Assembly (NCBI GenBank): GCA_964016885.1
Contig: OZ024743.1
Coordinates: 89,094,001-89,158,000 of the forward strand
Direction of reading: 5' to 3'
Source of the DNA: Eledone cirrhosa
Lineage: Eukaryota
Length of the DNA: 64,000 nt
The translations under genes and the position numbers were made by a program. Below the pieces are notes generated by a model that ran no database searches, was not told the origin of the DNA, and saw only the letters and a list, made by a program, of their open reading frames with translations. Positions 13,449 through 26,344 of this stretch are shown here, piece by piece. How positions within the stretch are numbered: the stretch's first letter is position 1; every line of letters begins with the position of its first letter.

Positions 13449-13808
13449 ACTATAAAGTGGTCTTGTAGGTGTCATGACAAAAAGCACCCAGCCCACACTT
13501 AAAGTGGTTGTGTAGGATTCACGACTAAAAGTGCCTAGCACTGTAAATGTGGTTGGCATAAGGAAGGGCATCCAGTTGTAGAAACCAAGTGAGAAACAGT
13601 TCTGTATGAGCAATACAGACACAGTCATCTGACCTGACTTGCCTCAAATGAGACAGCCCGTCTAACCCATGGAAAGTAGACGTTAAGCAATGATGATGAT
13701 AATGTCATATATTATTCAATAACACAACCCCTATATCATAATCTGCTTGTATATCTCACATCACTCTGCCTCTCTCATTATATTATTGTCATCTTTATAT
13801 TTCTACAG

Positions 13809-13933
13809 CAGCCTGGAAGATTATAAAAACATGGCTGAGTCCCGAAGCAGTTCAGAAAATCAAATTTGTTGACAAAGCCACAATTCAAGAATTCATCAGT
13901 CGAGATAAACTAATGGAACAAATGGGAGGAACG
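13809..13933 (+). CDS. MOSPD2: MOSPD2-like exon: end of CRAL-TRIO domain (AWKIIKTWLSPEAVQKIKFVDKATIQEFISRDKLMEQMGGT)
   Basis: ttctacag acceptor, gtaaat donor, phase 1 to 0; resembles the AFKIVKTWLGPEA..HMGGT segment of vertebrate MOSPD2. Upstream exons not found in the window. Confidence 0.9.
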
Positions 13934-14567
13934 GTAAATAGAATCATCTTCTTACTTTCTTCTCTTCCTCAGTTTTTAGAGGAAATGGTAATATTTGTGA
14001 AGAAGAAACTATCCTGTTGTTTATAAAGAGTTTTTGCTTATTTTAAACTATAAAACTAAAGTAAAAATTGGACATTGTGACTATGGATATTGTGTATATC
14101 TTCACAATAAGATAAATCCTCAGCCCTAACATTTGTGTATGTGTGGACCTGTAATTCCTGGTGGAGTTGTAGGGGCGCCATAGTGACATACAGTGTGTCT
14201 TGGCATTTTAAACCTGAATTGCCTATCTCTCTCCAGGTCTGAACACAGCTGATTTCTTCCAGAGAAGTGAGAAAGAGATACAGTGGGAGAATTGATATCA
14301 CGTGTAGTGTTGGCAAATTTCAGGAAGTATGGAAATTTTGAAGGATGTAGTGTCCTGACAGCTAACAATGCTGGTGTGAATCATCTGACATATTCAAGCT
14401 GCTGCTAACCTAACTGGTTCTTTCCTGCATCCATAGTGAATAATCAAGCAATATAGGGATATAGTGTTGTATGACAATGTGTATAGTAAGCCTTAAATAA
14501 CTCCATTATCCTCTTAAAGGTCATGTCTGATGTTTCCTAATTGATTTGTGGTATTTCTGTTATTTAG

Positions 14568-14672
14568 GACAAGTTCCACTGTAACTACACTGCTAGTGGA
14601 ACCATGTTTTCTGAACCAGAGTCTCCCAACAACAGCAAAATCTCACCAGATGGGTCAGCAAATTCAAGAAAG
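14568..14672 (+). CDS. MOSPD2: MOSPD2-like exon (DKFHCNYTASGTMFSEPESPNNSKISPDGSANSRK)
   Basis: tatttag / gtaagt, 105 nt, phase 0-0, open; continues GGT-D as in MOSPD2. Confidence 0.8.
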
Positions 14673-14931
14673 GTAAGTTCAGGTTTGATAAAATCTTCCT
14701 AGATGAATAAATATTCTTCCATATCCTTTGTTCCAGCAGACACATGAATAACTGCTTCACTAAGAAAGTCTCATAAGGCTCAAACATACCTGGTGTTGTT
14801 ATCACTGCTTATTATCTTGTCAAATATACTTCTAGACACATGAATATCTATGAAACACATCCAGAGTTGACATTTCTGTTTACTAAATGTCACACTATCC
14901 TTTCTCTAACCACATTAATTGTTATTAATAG

Positions 14932-15125
14932 AGGATTGGCAGTATTGGTAGAGGGTCGGACACCATGCTTTCCAGCATAGTTACGTCCCTTTATGGTCTG
15001 AGTTCAAATCCCGCCGAGGTTAACTTTGCCTTTCATCCTTACGGGGTCGATAAAATAAAATACCAGTAATACACTAGTTAATTGCTGGCCTTGTGCCAAA
15101 AGTAGAAACAATTAATTATTATTAA
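14932..15125 (+). mobile_element. Nin-domain tRNA-SINE
   Basis: ggattggcagtattggtagag head, gagttcaaatcc B-box, Nin core, (ATT) tail. Confidence 0.85.
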
Positions 15126-15257
15126 TTTTAATTAATTGGGACTCTGGTGCATCAACTAATTTCTTTTTTTCCCAAAGTTTTTATTATGAGTAATCTCCCT
15201 TTGCTTTGGTTGGTTTAGTTAAACATTGTTCCACAAGGTTTACCTTTCCTAGATTAT

Positions 15258-15445
15258 TTAATTGTTTCTACTTTAGGCACAAGGCCAGCAATTACCAAGT
15301 ACATTACTGGTACTTTATTTTATCGACCCCGTAAGGATGAAAGGCAAAGTTAACCTCGACAGAATTTGAACTCAGACCGTAAAGGGACGTAACTGTGCTA
15401 GAAAGCATGGCGTCCAACCCTCTACCAATATTGCCAATTCACAAC
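15258..15445 (-). mobile_element. Nin-domain tRNA-SINE, inverted relative to 14932-15125
   Basis: Reverse complement of the same family. Confidence 0.85.
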
Positions 15446-15514
15446 CTTTTAATGTCATCATGTTTGTCACACCACAGATATATATATATATATATGAAAG
15501 TATATATAAACACT

Positions 15515-15975
15515 AGAAGTCGATGGAAGCCGCGGAGTGGGGAGACCCAAGAAGACCTGGGATGAGGTGATAAAAGCCGACCTTACCCAATTGCACCTCT
15601 CAAGTGCAATGACATGACCATGACCTTTGGTGTCACGCAGTAATACAGAAGACCCGATTTCCCACAGGAACAAGCTGAAGCATATAGACAATATGCCCTA
15701 TCCCCCCACTGCAAAGTGGTCGTGGAGGTGCCGCGGCAAAAAAGCACCCAGCCCACACTGTAAAGTGGACGTGTAGGTGCCACAGAAAAAAAGGACCCAG
15801 CACTCACTGTAAATGAGGTTGGCGTTAGGAAGGGCATCCAGCTGTAGAAATCAAGCCAGAATCAGTTCTCGTATGAGCAAGACAAGGTCAGCCGACTGGA
15901 CACTGCCCACAACAGGGCAACCCGTCTAACCCATGCTAGCGTGGAAGAATGGACGTAAAATGGTGATGATGGTGA
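15515..15975 (+). mobile_element. RTE LINE 3' end
   Basis: EVDGSRGVGRPKKTWDEVIK coding remnant plus RTE 3'UTR and (GAT) tail. Confidence 0.8.
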
Positions 15976-16185
15976 ATGCGTTTATATACAATAAACATAT
16001 GGGGAGCATCACTGCCGAAGAAAAATATATTTTGTAACAAAAAAAAATTATTTTTCTTTATTTTCCTCTGTGAATATATCACTGAGTTGCCAGTATGCTC
16101 TGAGAATATCAGACAGTGTTGTTTCAAGATTTGTTAATCTTTCATCAGTGACACTCACTCTAACTGTTCTGGCATGAAATAGACT

Positions 16186-16228
<43 letters not shown>

Positions 16229-17176
16229 CATATATATATTGAAAATCAGTTCTGTGTGAGCAAGACATGGTCACCTGACCTGGCATTGCCCACAACAGGA
16301 CAACTCGTTTAACCCATGCTAGCATGGAAAAATGGACGTAAAACGGTGATGAAGATGATGATGATGACCCCAAGAAACTAAACTTCATGAAGGAGATGAC
16401 AAGGATCTAATTGACTGGCAATTTACCGATTTACCAAATTACAAGAAAAAACTTGGGTCACCAGTAAAAGCATAGTGACACTAATAGTGAATATACTGAG
16501 AGATTGGAAACTACATGGAGTGGAGAGGGTCCTTGACCTCCAGTGGACAAGTTGACCAGTCAGAATGGAACATTCTCAATAAATTCTCCTCCCTCCTGTA
16601 AAAGGCTGAGTGAACACACTGACAATGTTGTTACCATGATAGAATACACTCAGTTCACATTGTAATGAGGTTGGCATTCAGACAGAGACAATATAGAGTA
16701 GAGAGGATTCATCAGTCTAACCACACATATGACAACCTCTTTAGTACTGGTGCCATGATAAAATGCACCTTGTACACTCTGTAGGAGGGTAGTGTTGGTG
16801 CAATGATAAAACTAACCCAGTTCATCCTGTTTGATTAAAGAAGAAAAGAATCCTTAAATATACTTCTATACTTTTCCACTCTTACTTTTTACCTACAATC
16901 TACGATTTATATGGAACTTTACCTCCTTTTTGAACAATCATCATCATTTTATGTCCGCTTTTCCTTGCTTATATATATATATATATATATACCCTTGCAA
17001 GCAGGGAAAAGTGGACGTAAAATGAAATGATGAATGATGATATATATGTAGATAAATCTACCAAAATATACGGTAGTGTCCAATCCATATGAAGAACTCA
17101 ATGTAATCCAAATATCATGAAAAGAGAAGATGCATTAAAAAATTTTCGATAAAAATTATAGGAAAACAGAGTCAAG

Positions 17177-17540
17177 ATAAATTAATAAAAACAATGAAAT
17201 AAAAACAAAGAACAAATTCCTTATATTAAAAAATTCATCATTTTACGATCGTTTCTGAGATGTATATATGTGTTGGTATGTATATCATATAGATCTATGT
17301 AAAAATATTACAAATTATCAGAGGAAATATACATACCTTCACATATACATCATTTCTGAGGACGGCATGTATATGTGAAGGTATGTATATTTCCTCTGAT
17401 AATTTGTAATATTTTTACATAGATCTATATGATATACATACCAACACACATATACATCCCAGAAACGATCGTAAAATGATGAATTTTTTAATATAAGGAA
17501 CTTGTTCTTTGTTTTTATTTCATTGTTTTTATTAATTTAT
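17177..17540. repeat. Near-perfect palindrome, 174-bp arms, 16-bp loop (Penelope-like inverted pLTR candidate)
   Basis: 17177-17350 is the reverse complement of 17367-17540 with about three mismatches by eye. Confidence 0.9.
17348..17481 (+). ncRNA. Type I hammerhead ribozyme candidate with long stem II
   Basis: Stem I catcattt/aaatgatg, CTGAGGA core, stem II atgtatatgtg/cacatatacat, GAAA, palindromic CGATCG stem III, GTA cleavage triplet (after 17473). Confidence 0.7.
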
Positions 17541-17985
17541 ATATATATATATATATATGTGTGTGTAGCTGATACCCATCTTTTTCTGTTCAGTGGGTTT
17601 ATAAGCCCCATTATTAGACTATATTATATAATCAAAAATATTACAGCAAAGATTTTATTTCTATTTCAATTATATATATATATATATGATATGTTGGTAC
17701 CACAACATCCAGTCCAATCTAAAGAGGTCGTGTAGGTGTCATGACAAAAAAGCACCCAGTCCACGCTGTAAAGTGGTCATGTAGGAGACACAGGAAAAAG
17801 GCTCCCAGTCCACACTGTAAATGTGGTTGGTGTTAGGAAGGGCATCCAGCCGTAGAAAACCTGCTAGATACAGTCCTATACGAACGAGACACGGTCACCC
17901 AATCAATCTTGCCTCAAGTGGGACAATTCCCATCTAACCCATGCTAGGGTGGCAGATTAAATGATGATGATGATGATGATGATGA

Positions 17986-18015
<30 letters not shown>

Positions 18016-18023
<8 letters not shown>

Positions 18024-18210
18024 AGATTCAGGACCCTGATGGCTGAGCCCCAGCCGTTTTGACAGCTAGATCCAAATTGTTCGGATCTAGCTGTCGAAAT
18101 GGCCGGAGATCAGCTGTTGGAGTCCTGAATCTTTTCATATTACCCTCTCTACTACCCCAAGTATCGAGTACTCTGGTGGGTTATGGTCTAGCTGGTTTTT
18201 ACCACACCCT
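18016..18210. mobile_element. Hairpin element with one-sided tail, embedded in (TA)n
   Basis: atatgaaaagattcagga...tcctgaatcttttcatat foldback; tail homologous to 63850-63920. Confidence 0.6.
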
Positions 18211-18227
18211 ATATGACATATATATAT

Positions 18228-18266
<39 letters not shown>

Positions 18267-19451
18267 TCATCATCGTTTAACGTCCATCTTCCACGCTAGC
18301 ATGGGTTAGATGGGAGTTGTCCCAATTTTAGGCAAGGATGGTTGGGTGACCGTGTCTCGCTGATATAGGACTATCTGGCATGTTTTCTATATATATATAT
18401 ATATATATATGTAACTAAGACGGCCAATTGTCTTAACTTGAATGTGAATACACCTAGATTAAACCAAAGCCAACAGTGAACCCAAGCAAATGTAAACTAC
18501 AATTGACTCCGTTCACCAGATCCTGACTGCTCTAGTAAGTGCTAAACCACATATGTCCTTTTAACTATGTGTCCCCGCGTTCTGGCCGGCAAAACAACCT
18601 CTGACCTGCACTAGTTACTGGTATGGGTTGATGGATGTTATTAGGCTGCAGCCGTCATATTATGTAGTTTCTATATAATAATAAGGTGGTGAGTTGGCAG
18701 AGTCTTTAGAATGCTACATTAAATAGAATGCTTTGCAGTATTCATTCCTACACTCTGCTCCCTGAGTTCAAATCCCACCAAGGTCAACTTTCCCTTTCAT
18801 CCATTTAAGGGCAATAAAAAAGTACCAGTCTACTACTGGGGTTGATTCTTCCTCTATATCTCTTTCTCACTTCCTTTTTCTCATTCTCTCTATCCTTCTC
18901 TGGAAGAAATCTGCTGTATTCAGACCTGGAGAGGTGATGGGGTCTGTCAGGTTTAAAAATGTCCTAGAAATGCTGTATGTCAATATGGCGTCCCTACGAC
19001 TCCCTCAGGAGTTATGGGCCCACACATATAATAATAATAATAATGATATGATTATACATACATGTATATATAAATTAAGAATGACTTTCCAAAGAGGAAT
19101 GGAAGAGAACCGCAGTTAAATGATATACTCAATACATTAGTAGAGAAGACATATTTCATGTCTAGTTGAATACAAGATGTTAGGAGTTAATTTCTTTTGC
19201 AAATCTGACCATTCACCTTTAGCAGTTTTCCTACATGTAGAACCTGTAGTGCTCTAGTGTGTGTTTGTGTGTGTGCTGTGTAGTGTAGTATGCTTGTGGT
19301 GTGTGTGTGTGTGTGTGTGGTATGTAGTATAGTATGTTTGTGGTATGTGACGGCCATCATGGACTTTCTCTCCATACAATGCTGTCTCTATAGAAGAGGT
19401 TGCTGAGAGGAACTAATTCTTCACTTGGTTGTCATTTCTTTCTTTCTGAAG

Positions 19452-19529
19452 GTGAAGATATCAGAACCGAGCTCATTACTTAGGAGCTATAGTTCAGATA
19501 GTTTCAAAGAAGGAAGTAGACTACCATTG
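19452..19529 (+). CDS. MOSPD2: MOSPD2-like linker exon (VKISEPSSLLRSYSSDSFKEGSRLPL)
   Basis: Pyrimidine tract + ctgaag acceptor, gtaagt donor, 78 nt, phase 0-0, open. Confidence 0.7.
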
Positions 19530-20489
19530 GTAAGTTTCTCTTGTGACCAACAACGGACTCTCTTTCTCTCTCTGTTTCACTCTCCTCTTATTAGTTCCTT
19601 GCTTATATTTGTAATATCCAGCTGTCTTTCAATAGTTGTTTCAGTTTTAAATTTCTTCCCCACACTTTTAACCCACTTTCCCTGCTTTGTATTGCTGCAA
19701 TGGTTTTTGTTTATTTCATTAACATTTATTGTCCAAAAAGAAAGAAAAATAAATGCAGTTGTATTTGTTCTTCAATTTACTAAAGGTAAGGTCTATTACT
19801 AATTTACAAAATCACTAAAAAATCACTTTTTTTGTTTTGTCTATTAGTCTGTCTTGTTTAATTTTATTTGAATGACTTATCTTCTTTAAATTGATTTTTA
19901 TCAATATTTATTGTATCTCCTCTAGATTTTTTTCTACTTATTGTTATTATTTTGTGTAATTAACCCATTCAGTACCTTATTACTGTAGAAATATTTTGTA
20001 TTTTAATTCATTGATGAAGAATTTGTGAAGAATTTACTAGAATTATAATTTCATTAAAATGGTAATATAACAAAATGTTCTCATATAAAATCCTGTTGGG
20101 TAGGTTGGTATCAGAAGAGTTAAGACAACATTTCAGTATCTTTATAAGTAGACTGATTGATATTAATGTCGTAATGGTTATTATATAGAAAAACTAGTGA
20201 TAGACTTTGACTTCATTATTGACTGTGATATATAATATCTATCTCTCTATCTGTGTCTGTCTGTCTGTCTCTCTTTCTTTGTGTCTGTCTGCCTGTCTGT
20301 CCATCTGTGTGTGTGTGCATTATATATACCACTAATGTCCAATGTAATATCAGCCACCCATATACCTGTGTGTGATAACACATTTAGCTATATCAGACCT
20401 ACCAACCTCTAAAAACCCAAATGGGGAGTTCCATGGAAAAAAGTGCCCCAAAATGGGGAGAAATGCAGCAAAATAAAAGTTATATAATA

Positions 20490-21245
20490 ATATAATAATG
20501 AAATTATTGTGTACAGTGCTCAGGTGCACTACAACTCATCAAAGGTGCATGTATAGTACATAGAATAATGTACAAATATCAGGAAAGTGAACAATGTATG
20601 AGTCATGATATACATGTGTGCGTGTGTATGGAAGGGGGATACCAGGTGTAGTGTTGACAAATCTCAGGAAGCATGGAGGTTTTAAAGGATGCAGTGTCTC
20701 GACAGCTAACAACTGATGCAGGTAGTTTCATGCTTCAGCAACTCTGAGCGTGAAAAAATGTTTCCGAAAGTCATGGGAGCTGTGCTGTTTTCTGATTTTG
20801 TAGGCATGTCCACGTGTGTTAGACACATGGAAATCAAAAAGGTGCTCAGGGTTGTTGTTGGCAAGATGGTTAATAATTTTGTGGGTGTTTACCAAGTCAA
20901 TTGCCAGGCGTTGGAGCTTCAATGTATCCATGCCCAGGGAAGCAAGGTGCTCAGAGTATGGTAGATGCCTGATGGAGGGTATTCGCTTGGTTGCACATCT
21001 CTGAACAGTTTCCAGGAGGTCAATGTTCTGAGCAAGATAGGCATTCCAAACTGGTGATGTAAATTCTAAGTGTGGCCGCACCATAGCTATAGATAGCTGG
21101 AGAATGGCTGACAAAGGTCTTGCTGAGTGATGCTAAGACACTCTCGGCCTTCTTGACAATTTTAGAGACGTACTTTGTCCAACACCAATTGCTGCTGACA
21201 GTAATGCCTAGGACACATTCACAAGAAGACTTCTTGATATTAGTG
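20490..21245 (-). mobile_element. CR1-clade LINE 3' fragment
   Basis: RPHLEF.SPVWN..LETVQR.ATK..NTRGH..FFTLRV C-terminal motifs; (ATT)n tail. Confidence 0.85.
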
Positions 21246-21932
21246 TTATGGAGGGAGTATATGGACGCTGGACATTTTCCTCCCAAAATGCATGGTGGAT
21301 ACTTGTCCACAGCCATTAGCCATTTATACCCATTTTCACAAGAGAAGACCTCTCTCACCCACCTCAAAGTGGGTGGGAGATCTCCCTGTCCCACAGGAAG
21401 TGTTGACAGGTCTGCTATATCACATATAATATTAAATATTCATATACATGTGTGTGATAAACAGTTAGCAAATATGTGATAACATAGACATAGCTAATAT
21501 GATATGAATAATCCACAGATGCAAGCATGAAACTAGATGTTAAATAGTAATCATGATGAATACATCTATATGTGATAACACATTTTGCTATATCTAATAT
21601 GATAGTTAGAGATATCCATGTAATATCTAGTCATATCAATAGTCCACTCCTTCATATTGATATTACTATTGATTACTGTTACTAACATTGTTATTGTTTT
21701 GTTGACCTATTGTACTGTTGACCCACTGTAATGTTGACCTATTTTACTGTTGACCCACTGTAATGTGTTGTTGCCCTATTGCAGTGAGTTGTTGATCCAC
21801 TGTACAATGAGCAGGAACTGTCCAAACATTCATCTGTTTTTAGTTTTCTGTGTCCTTTATATGTCCCACGTGATTTTATATGTATGTGTATATATATATA
21901 TACATGTATATGTGTGTTTGTGTGTGTATATA

Positions 21933-21985
<53 letters not shown>

Positions 21986-22727
21986 GTATGTGGTAGATTC
22001 AATAACACTATTAAAGTAGTATGGAAGTAAAAATTCCAACGAGATCAGGTGATAGGAGTTTTTGTTTTTGTAGTAGGCTATTATCATTTGGATATTGATG
22101 AGCATTCAAATGGGCTACATGTGTCCATGGGTTACATAGTTGTCAGGTTATGAGGTTAGACAGGTCAGGGACCACGTTTTGCTCAAGCAATGCGTATTTG
22201 GCTTGGTTGTCTATGATAGGATGCCTTTCCTAATGCCAACCACATTACAGCACATACTAGGACCTTTTTTGTGGTACCAGCTTTACTATCACTTTATTAG
22301 GTGAATATATATATATATATATATTTATTTATTCAGATGACTATCTGAAGATTTGACATAACCATTGCAAGATGGTCAGACTAGATTTAGCAAAATCAAC
22401 TTAACATGGTCAATGAAACATGTGTATCTGAAAGTATGAATTGCTAATGTCATAAATAACTATATAACACAACTCTTGAGTGCTCTACCAACTTTGGATA
22501 TTTATTATGAAATTCATTTACGACATGATGAAAAAGCACCCAGTCCACATTGTAAATGTGGTTGGTTGTTAGGAAGAGCATCAGCCATAGAAAACCTGCC
22601 AAAAACAGTTCTGTACGAGCGAGACACGGTCACCCGACCAATCTTGCCTCAAGTGGGACAAACCCGTCCAACCCATGCTAGCGTGGAAGATGGAGGTTAA
22701 GCGAATATATATATATATATATAATGG

Positions 22728-22815
22728 TAATAATAATAATAATTTCTTTATTGGCCACAAGTGCTGACACTACAATACAAAAGACAAGGACAGTGGGGGT
22801 TTACATGTAAAAAAT
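22728..22815 (-). mobile_element. Short 3' end of a Tx1-related LINE in an (AAT)n run
   Basis: Reverse strand cttgtggccaataaagaaattattatt resembles the Tx1 tail at 62872-62900. Confidence 0.55.
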
Positions 22816-23210
22816 ATGAATAACATTAAGGGTTTAGATTGATATCTAGTGATTTCGATCTCATTGTATACAAACAATTCGTACAACAAATTCATTTAGA
22901 GCACATTAATAGGATTAATTGTAATACAACATTCCCAGCCAGAAAGTCTAAGCTATGAAAACAGTGTAATTATAGCATCGACAGAGTAACATATGAAAAC
23001 ATTAAACTTCTCACAATTTCATCAATTGATATATATATATCATCATCATCGTTTAACGTCCATCTATATATATATATATACACACACACACATACCATTG
23101 TAGAATTAAAATGTAGCTATAAATCTATGAAATATTGATAAATAAATATACAAAAAATAATGACAAAGGAACTGTTCCATTGTAATTAATTGTGTTTTAA
23201 TTATTGGCAG

Positions 23211-23281
23211 GCTCTGAGTTCTTTAGAAAAGAAATTTCATTCAAAAGACAACTGTTTTCAAACTCGCCTTTTATCAATCAG
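23211..23281 (+). CDS. MOSPD2: MOSPD2-like exon (ALSSLEKKFHSKDNCFQTRLLSI)
   Basis: ggcag / gtaagg, phase 0 to 2; joins the next exon to give LLSIRPADEL (cf. LHISPAEEL). Confidence 0.85.
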
Positions 23282-23521
23282 GTAAGGTTTCTATCAATTT
23301 TGTTATTTTTTTTTTCCTGTTTAGTTCTTTGACTGGCCTCAGCCATGACACTGTGGCCAAGCTGGGGCACCATCTGGAAGGGACTTAGTAAATTACATCA
23401 ATCCCCAGTTCTTATTTTTTTCAAATCTGGTGTATTTTATTGATGTCTTTTGTGTTGAACTGTTAAGTTATGGAACACACACACACACATTAAATGGAAT
23501 TATGTATTTTTGTATTGGTAG

Positions 23522-23621
23522 GCCTGCTGATGAACTGTGCTTTCAACTGGATGAAAATGTGAAAGAGATTTATAGCACTATCTGCCTTTCAAACACATTA
23601 AGCAACCCTATTGCATACAAG
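23522..23621 (+). CDS. MOSPD2: MOSPD2-like exon, MSP domain start (PADELCFQLDENVKEIYSTICLSNTLSNPIAYK)
   Basis: ggtag / gtatgt, phase 2 to 0. Confidence 0.9.
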
Positions 23622-23674
23622 GTATGTGTATATAAGTATCTTACTGTTGTCGCCACTGTCAATTTTCATGTTGA

Positions 23675-24090
23675 CATGAGTGGACTGGAGCAATGTGAAA
23701 TAAAGTGTCTTGCTCAAGGACACAACACACTGCCAGTCCAAGAATTGAACCCATGACCTTACAATCATGAGCTGAACACCCTAAATACCAAGTCATGTAC
23801 CTTCATTAGAGGTACAAGCCTGGGCAAGGTACGTTTGTGGAAGACCAGCAGTCGACCATACCTACCAGTATTCCTTCTCCACGCCACTGATGTTGTCAAA
23901 GGGAAAGGCAATGGCTGATACAGCTTGGCACCTGTGACATTGCAAGTCATTTCTACAGCTGAGTAAACTGGAGCATTGTGAAATAAAGTGTCTTGTTCAT
24001 GGACACAATGCATCATGTGATCCAAGAATCAAAATTAGAACCTCTCAATTGCAAACCCAACACTCTAACCACTAAGCCATGTGCCTTCAC
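23675..24090 (-). mobile_element. Two CORE/Meta-like tRNA-SINE copies
   Basis: gtgaaataaagtgtcttgNtca core twice; taaccactaagccatg head. Confidence 0.7.
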
Positions 24091-24282
24091 TATGATGCTC
24101 ATTACACCCCTTCTAATGACATAATCCATATTCTACAGAAACGACTGTTTCACTAAACTCCTAATATCTTATCCATGGTCCAGTTATGAAAATCTGTGGA
24201 GGAACATTTTAAATAAACAAAACATACACAATATATTTCTCTTGTTGAAATATTTAGTTATTTCTTTCATTTCTGATTTAAG

Positions 24283-24379
24283 GTGAAGACAACATCTCCA
24301 GAGAAGTTTCGCGTACGGCCCAGTGGAGGTGTGGTCAGTCCTGGCTCTCCAGTAACAGTCAATGTCCATATTCAGCCAG
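24283..24379 (+). CDS. MOSPD2: MOSPD2-like exon, MSP signature (VKTTSPEKFRVRPSGGVVSPGSPVTVNVHIQP)
   Basis: tttaag / gtcagt, phase 0 to 1; matches the VAP/MSP consensus FKVKTTAPxxYxVRP. Confidence 0.95.
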
Positions 24380-25565
24380 GTCAGTAACACCTACAGATGT
24401 TTTTAACAATGGGGTGGTCATGGTCAAACCTGTGTGGTCATGGTCAATCATCATCACCATCACTATCATTTAACGTCTATTTTTCCACACTTGCATGAGC
24501 TAGACAGGTTGTCACATTATGACAAAAGTCAGGTCAGGTAACCCATGTCTTGCTCATATGGATCTGTATTTTGGCTTGGTTTCTACAGCTAAATGTCCTT
24601 CTTAACACCAGCCATAGCAAGTGAGGACTGTGTGCTTTTTGTCATGTCATCAGCATGACCACCTTACAGGGTAGACTGGATACTTTTTCTCGTGTCACCA
24701 GCATGACCACCTTACAGGGTAGACTGGGTACTTTTTGTCGTGTCACCAGCATGACCACCTTACAGGGTTGACTGGATGCTTTTGTTGTTGTGGCATCAGA
24801 TCAGCATACAGGGTGGATTTAGTGTTTTTTGTCGTGACAATGGCATTGTGAGAGACCAGATGCATCCTGTGTCTAGCTTTCATGCTTGTATATGTGGGTT
24901 GGGCAGGAGAGGGATGACAGTTTGGATGGGGGGGGGGGGAGTAAGCAAGTTCTACATGGACAAGGTGTGTGGGATATTTAGCTGGTGAGGGTGGAGTATT
25001 AACCCTGAGGATGGTGAATGGGGTGGGGTGAAGAAAAGATTGGTGTGTCTTCATGTTTGTTTCATTCTGTGCACATGGATCTTCTGCAGTGCAGCATGAT
25101 GACACCAGAGATCCAGATCCTATGTCATCTGTTTTGTGAAGTTTAATTGGGCAAGTTCAGCTTTTATCACTTCATTACAACCTTTCCTGGGGCTTCTCCT
25201 TCCATAGTTTCCATATATATATATGTAATAGAAATGTATATCATCATCACCCTTTTACATCCATTTTTCCACACTAGCATGGGTTAGAGTTGTCACATTG
25301 TGAGCAATGCCAGGTCAGTTGACCATGCCTTACTCATACCGATCTGTTTCTGGCTTAGTTTCTACAACTGGATGCCCTTCCTAATGCCAACTACATTCAC
25401 AGGAAGGCATATATATGATATGTTTATGTATAATAAACACATATGTCCTGTTAGGAATGTTTTAAGTTGTGAGTTGTGATCATTTCACAGCTATATAATA
25501 AGTCTTTTGAGAATATCAGATATTAGTGTTTCAGGATTTTTTAATCTATCATCATAAACATATTG

Positions 25566-25966
25566 TACTCTTGGGTCTCAAATAATCCCCCTACCCCACT
25601 TATTAATTTTTTCAACCCCACCCCATTATCCCTCACCCAGCCCCGCTAATTAAATTTTACTAATCTATCTCTGGCAAAATTTTGTTTTAAGTGGTAGCTT
25701 TCCTGTGATAATTAATTTTCTTTATACATTAAAAAAACATTATACATAACAAAAAAAGAACATTACTAGAAATGCCATACATTATAAGATAAATAGGATG
25801 GGTTGGGGTCTCAATGTGAAAACTAAACAACTAATTTTTTTTTAAAAATCAACAGAGAAAACCTATAAAAATTACTGATTTTCCAACTTCCCTCCTGCTT
25901 ATTCCACCCCCGCTTATTCCACTCCCCCCCCACTTACCCCCCCCCCATTAATGGAACCTGAGAGTA
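25566..25966. mobile_element. Tc1/pogo-type MITE (TA termini)
   Basis: tactcttgggtctcaaataat ... attaatggaacctgagagta; second copy at 37577-37872. Confidence 0.65.
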
Positions 25967-26202
25967 TATGCCTTCATATATATCTCTATAATGAATCATG
26001 ATATGTTAGTGCTACTGGTAATTAATCCCAACCAACCCAAGCACTCATTATATGCAAATGAACTTCTCCAGCAAACATTTTATATGCAAAACATATAAGT
26101 TATAGCTTATTCTTATTTCAGTACTGAGTGAGTAAATGTCACTAACTATATATCATTGTTAGTGTTGTGTGGTTAGTAAAACAGTTGACTTCTTGTTTTC
26201 AG

Positions 26203-26323
26203 GTTTTGAGAACAAAATTCAGTCTGACAAGTTCCTGGTACGAGCTATGGAGGTAACAGATGAAAGTAAAGATGTCACAGAGCTGTGGAAGACGGTTCAA
26301 AGAGAATCTATTATGGAACACAG
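26203..26323 (+). CDS. MOSPD2: MOSPD2-like exon (GFENKIQSDKFLVRAMEVTDESKDVTELWKTVQRESIMEH)
   Basis: ttttcag / gtaaat, phase 1 to 2; DKFLV and WK..MEHRLRC MSP motifs. Confidence 0.95.
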
Positions 26324-26344
26324 GTAAATTAGATCATATAATCT

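Noticed and set aside
14932-15015. tRNA genes
   Set aside because: A/B boxes belong to SINE heads; no cloverleaf.
22337-22435. Acceptor-like site within a MOSPD2 intron
   Set aside because: All three frames close within a few codons.
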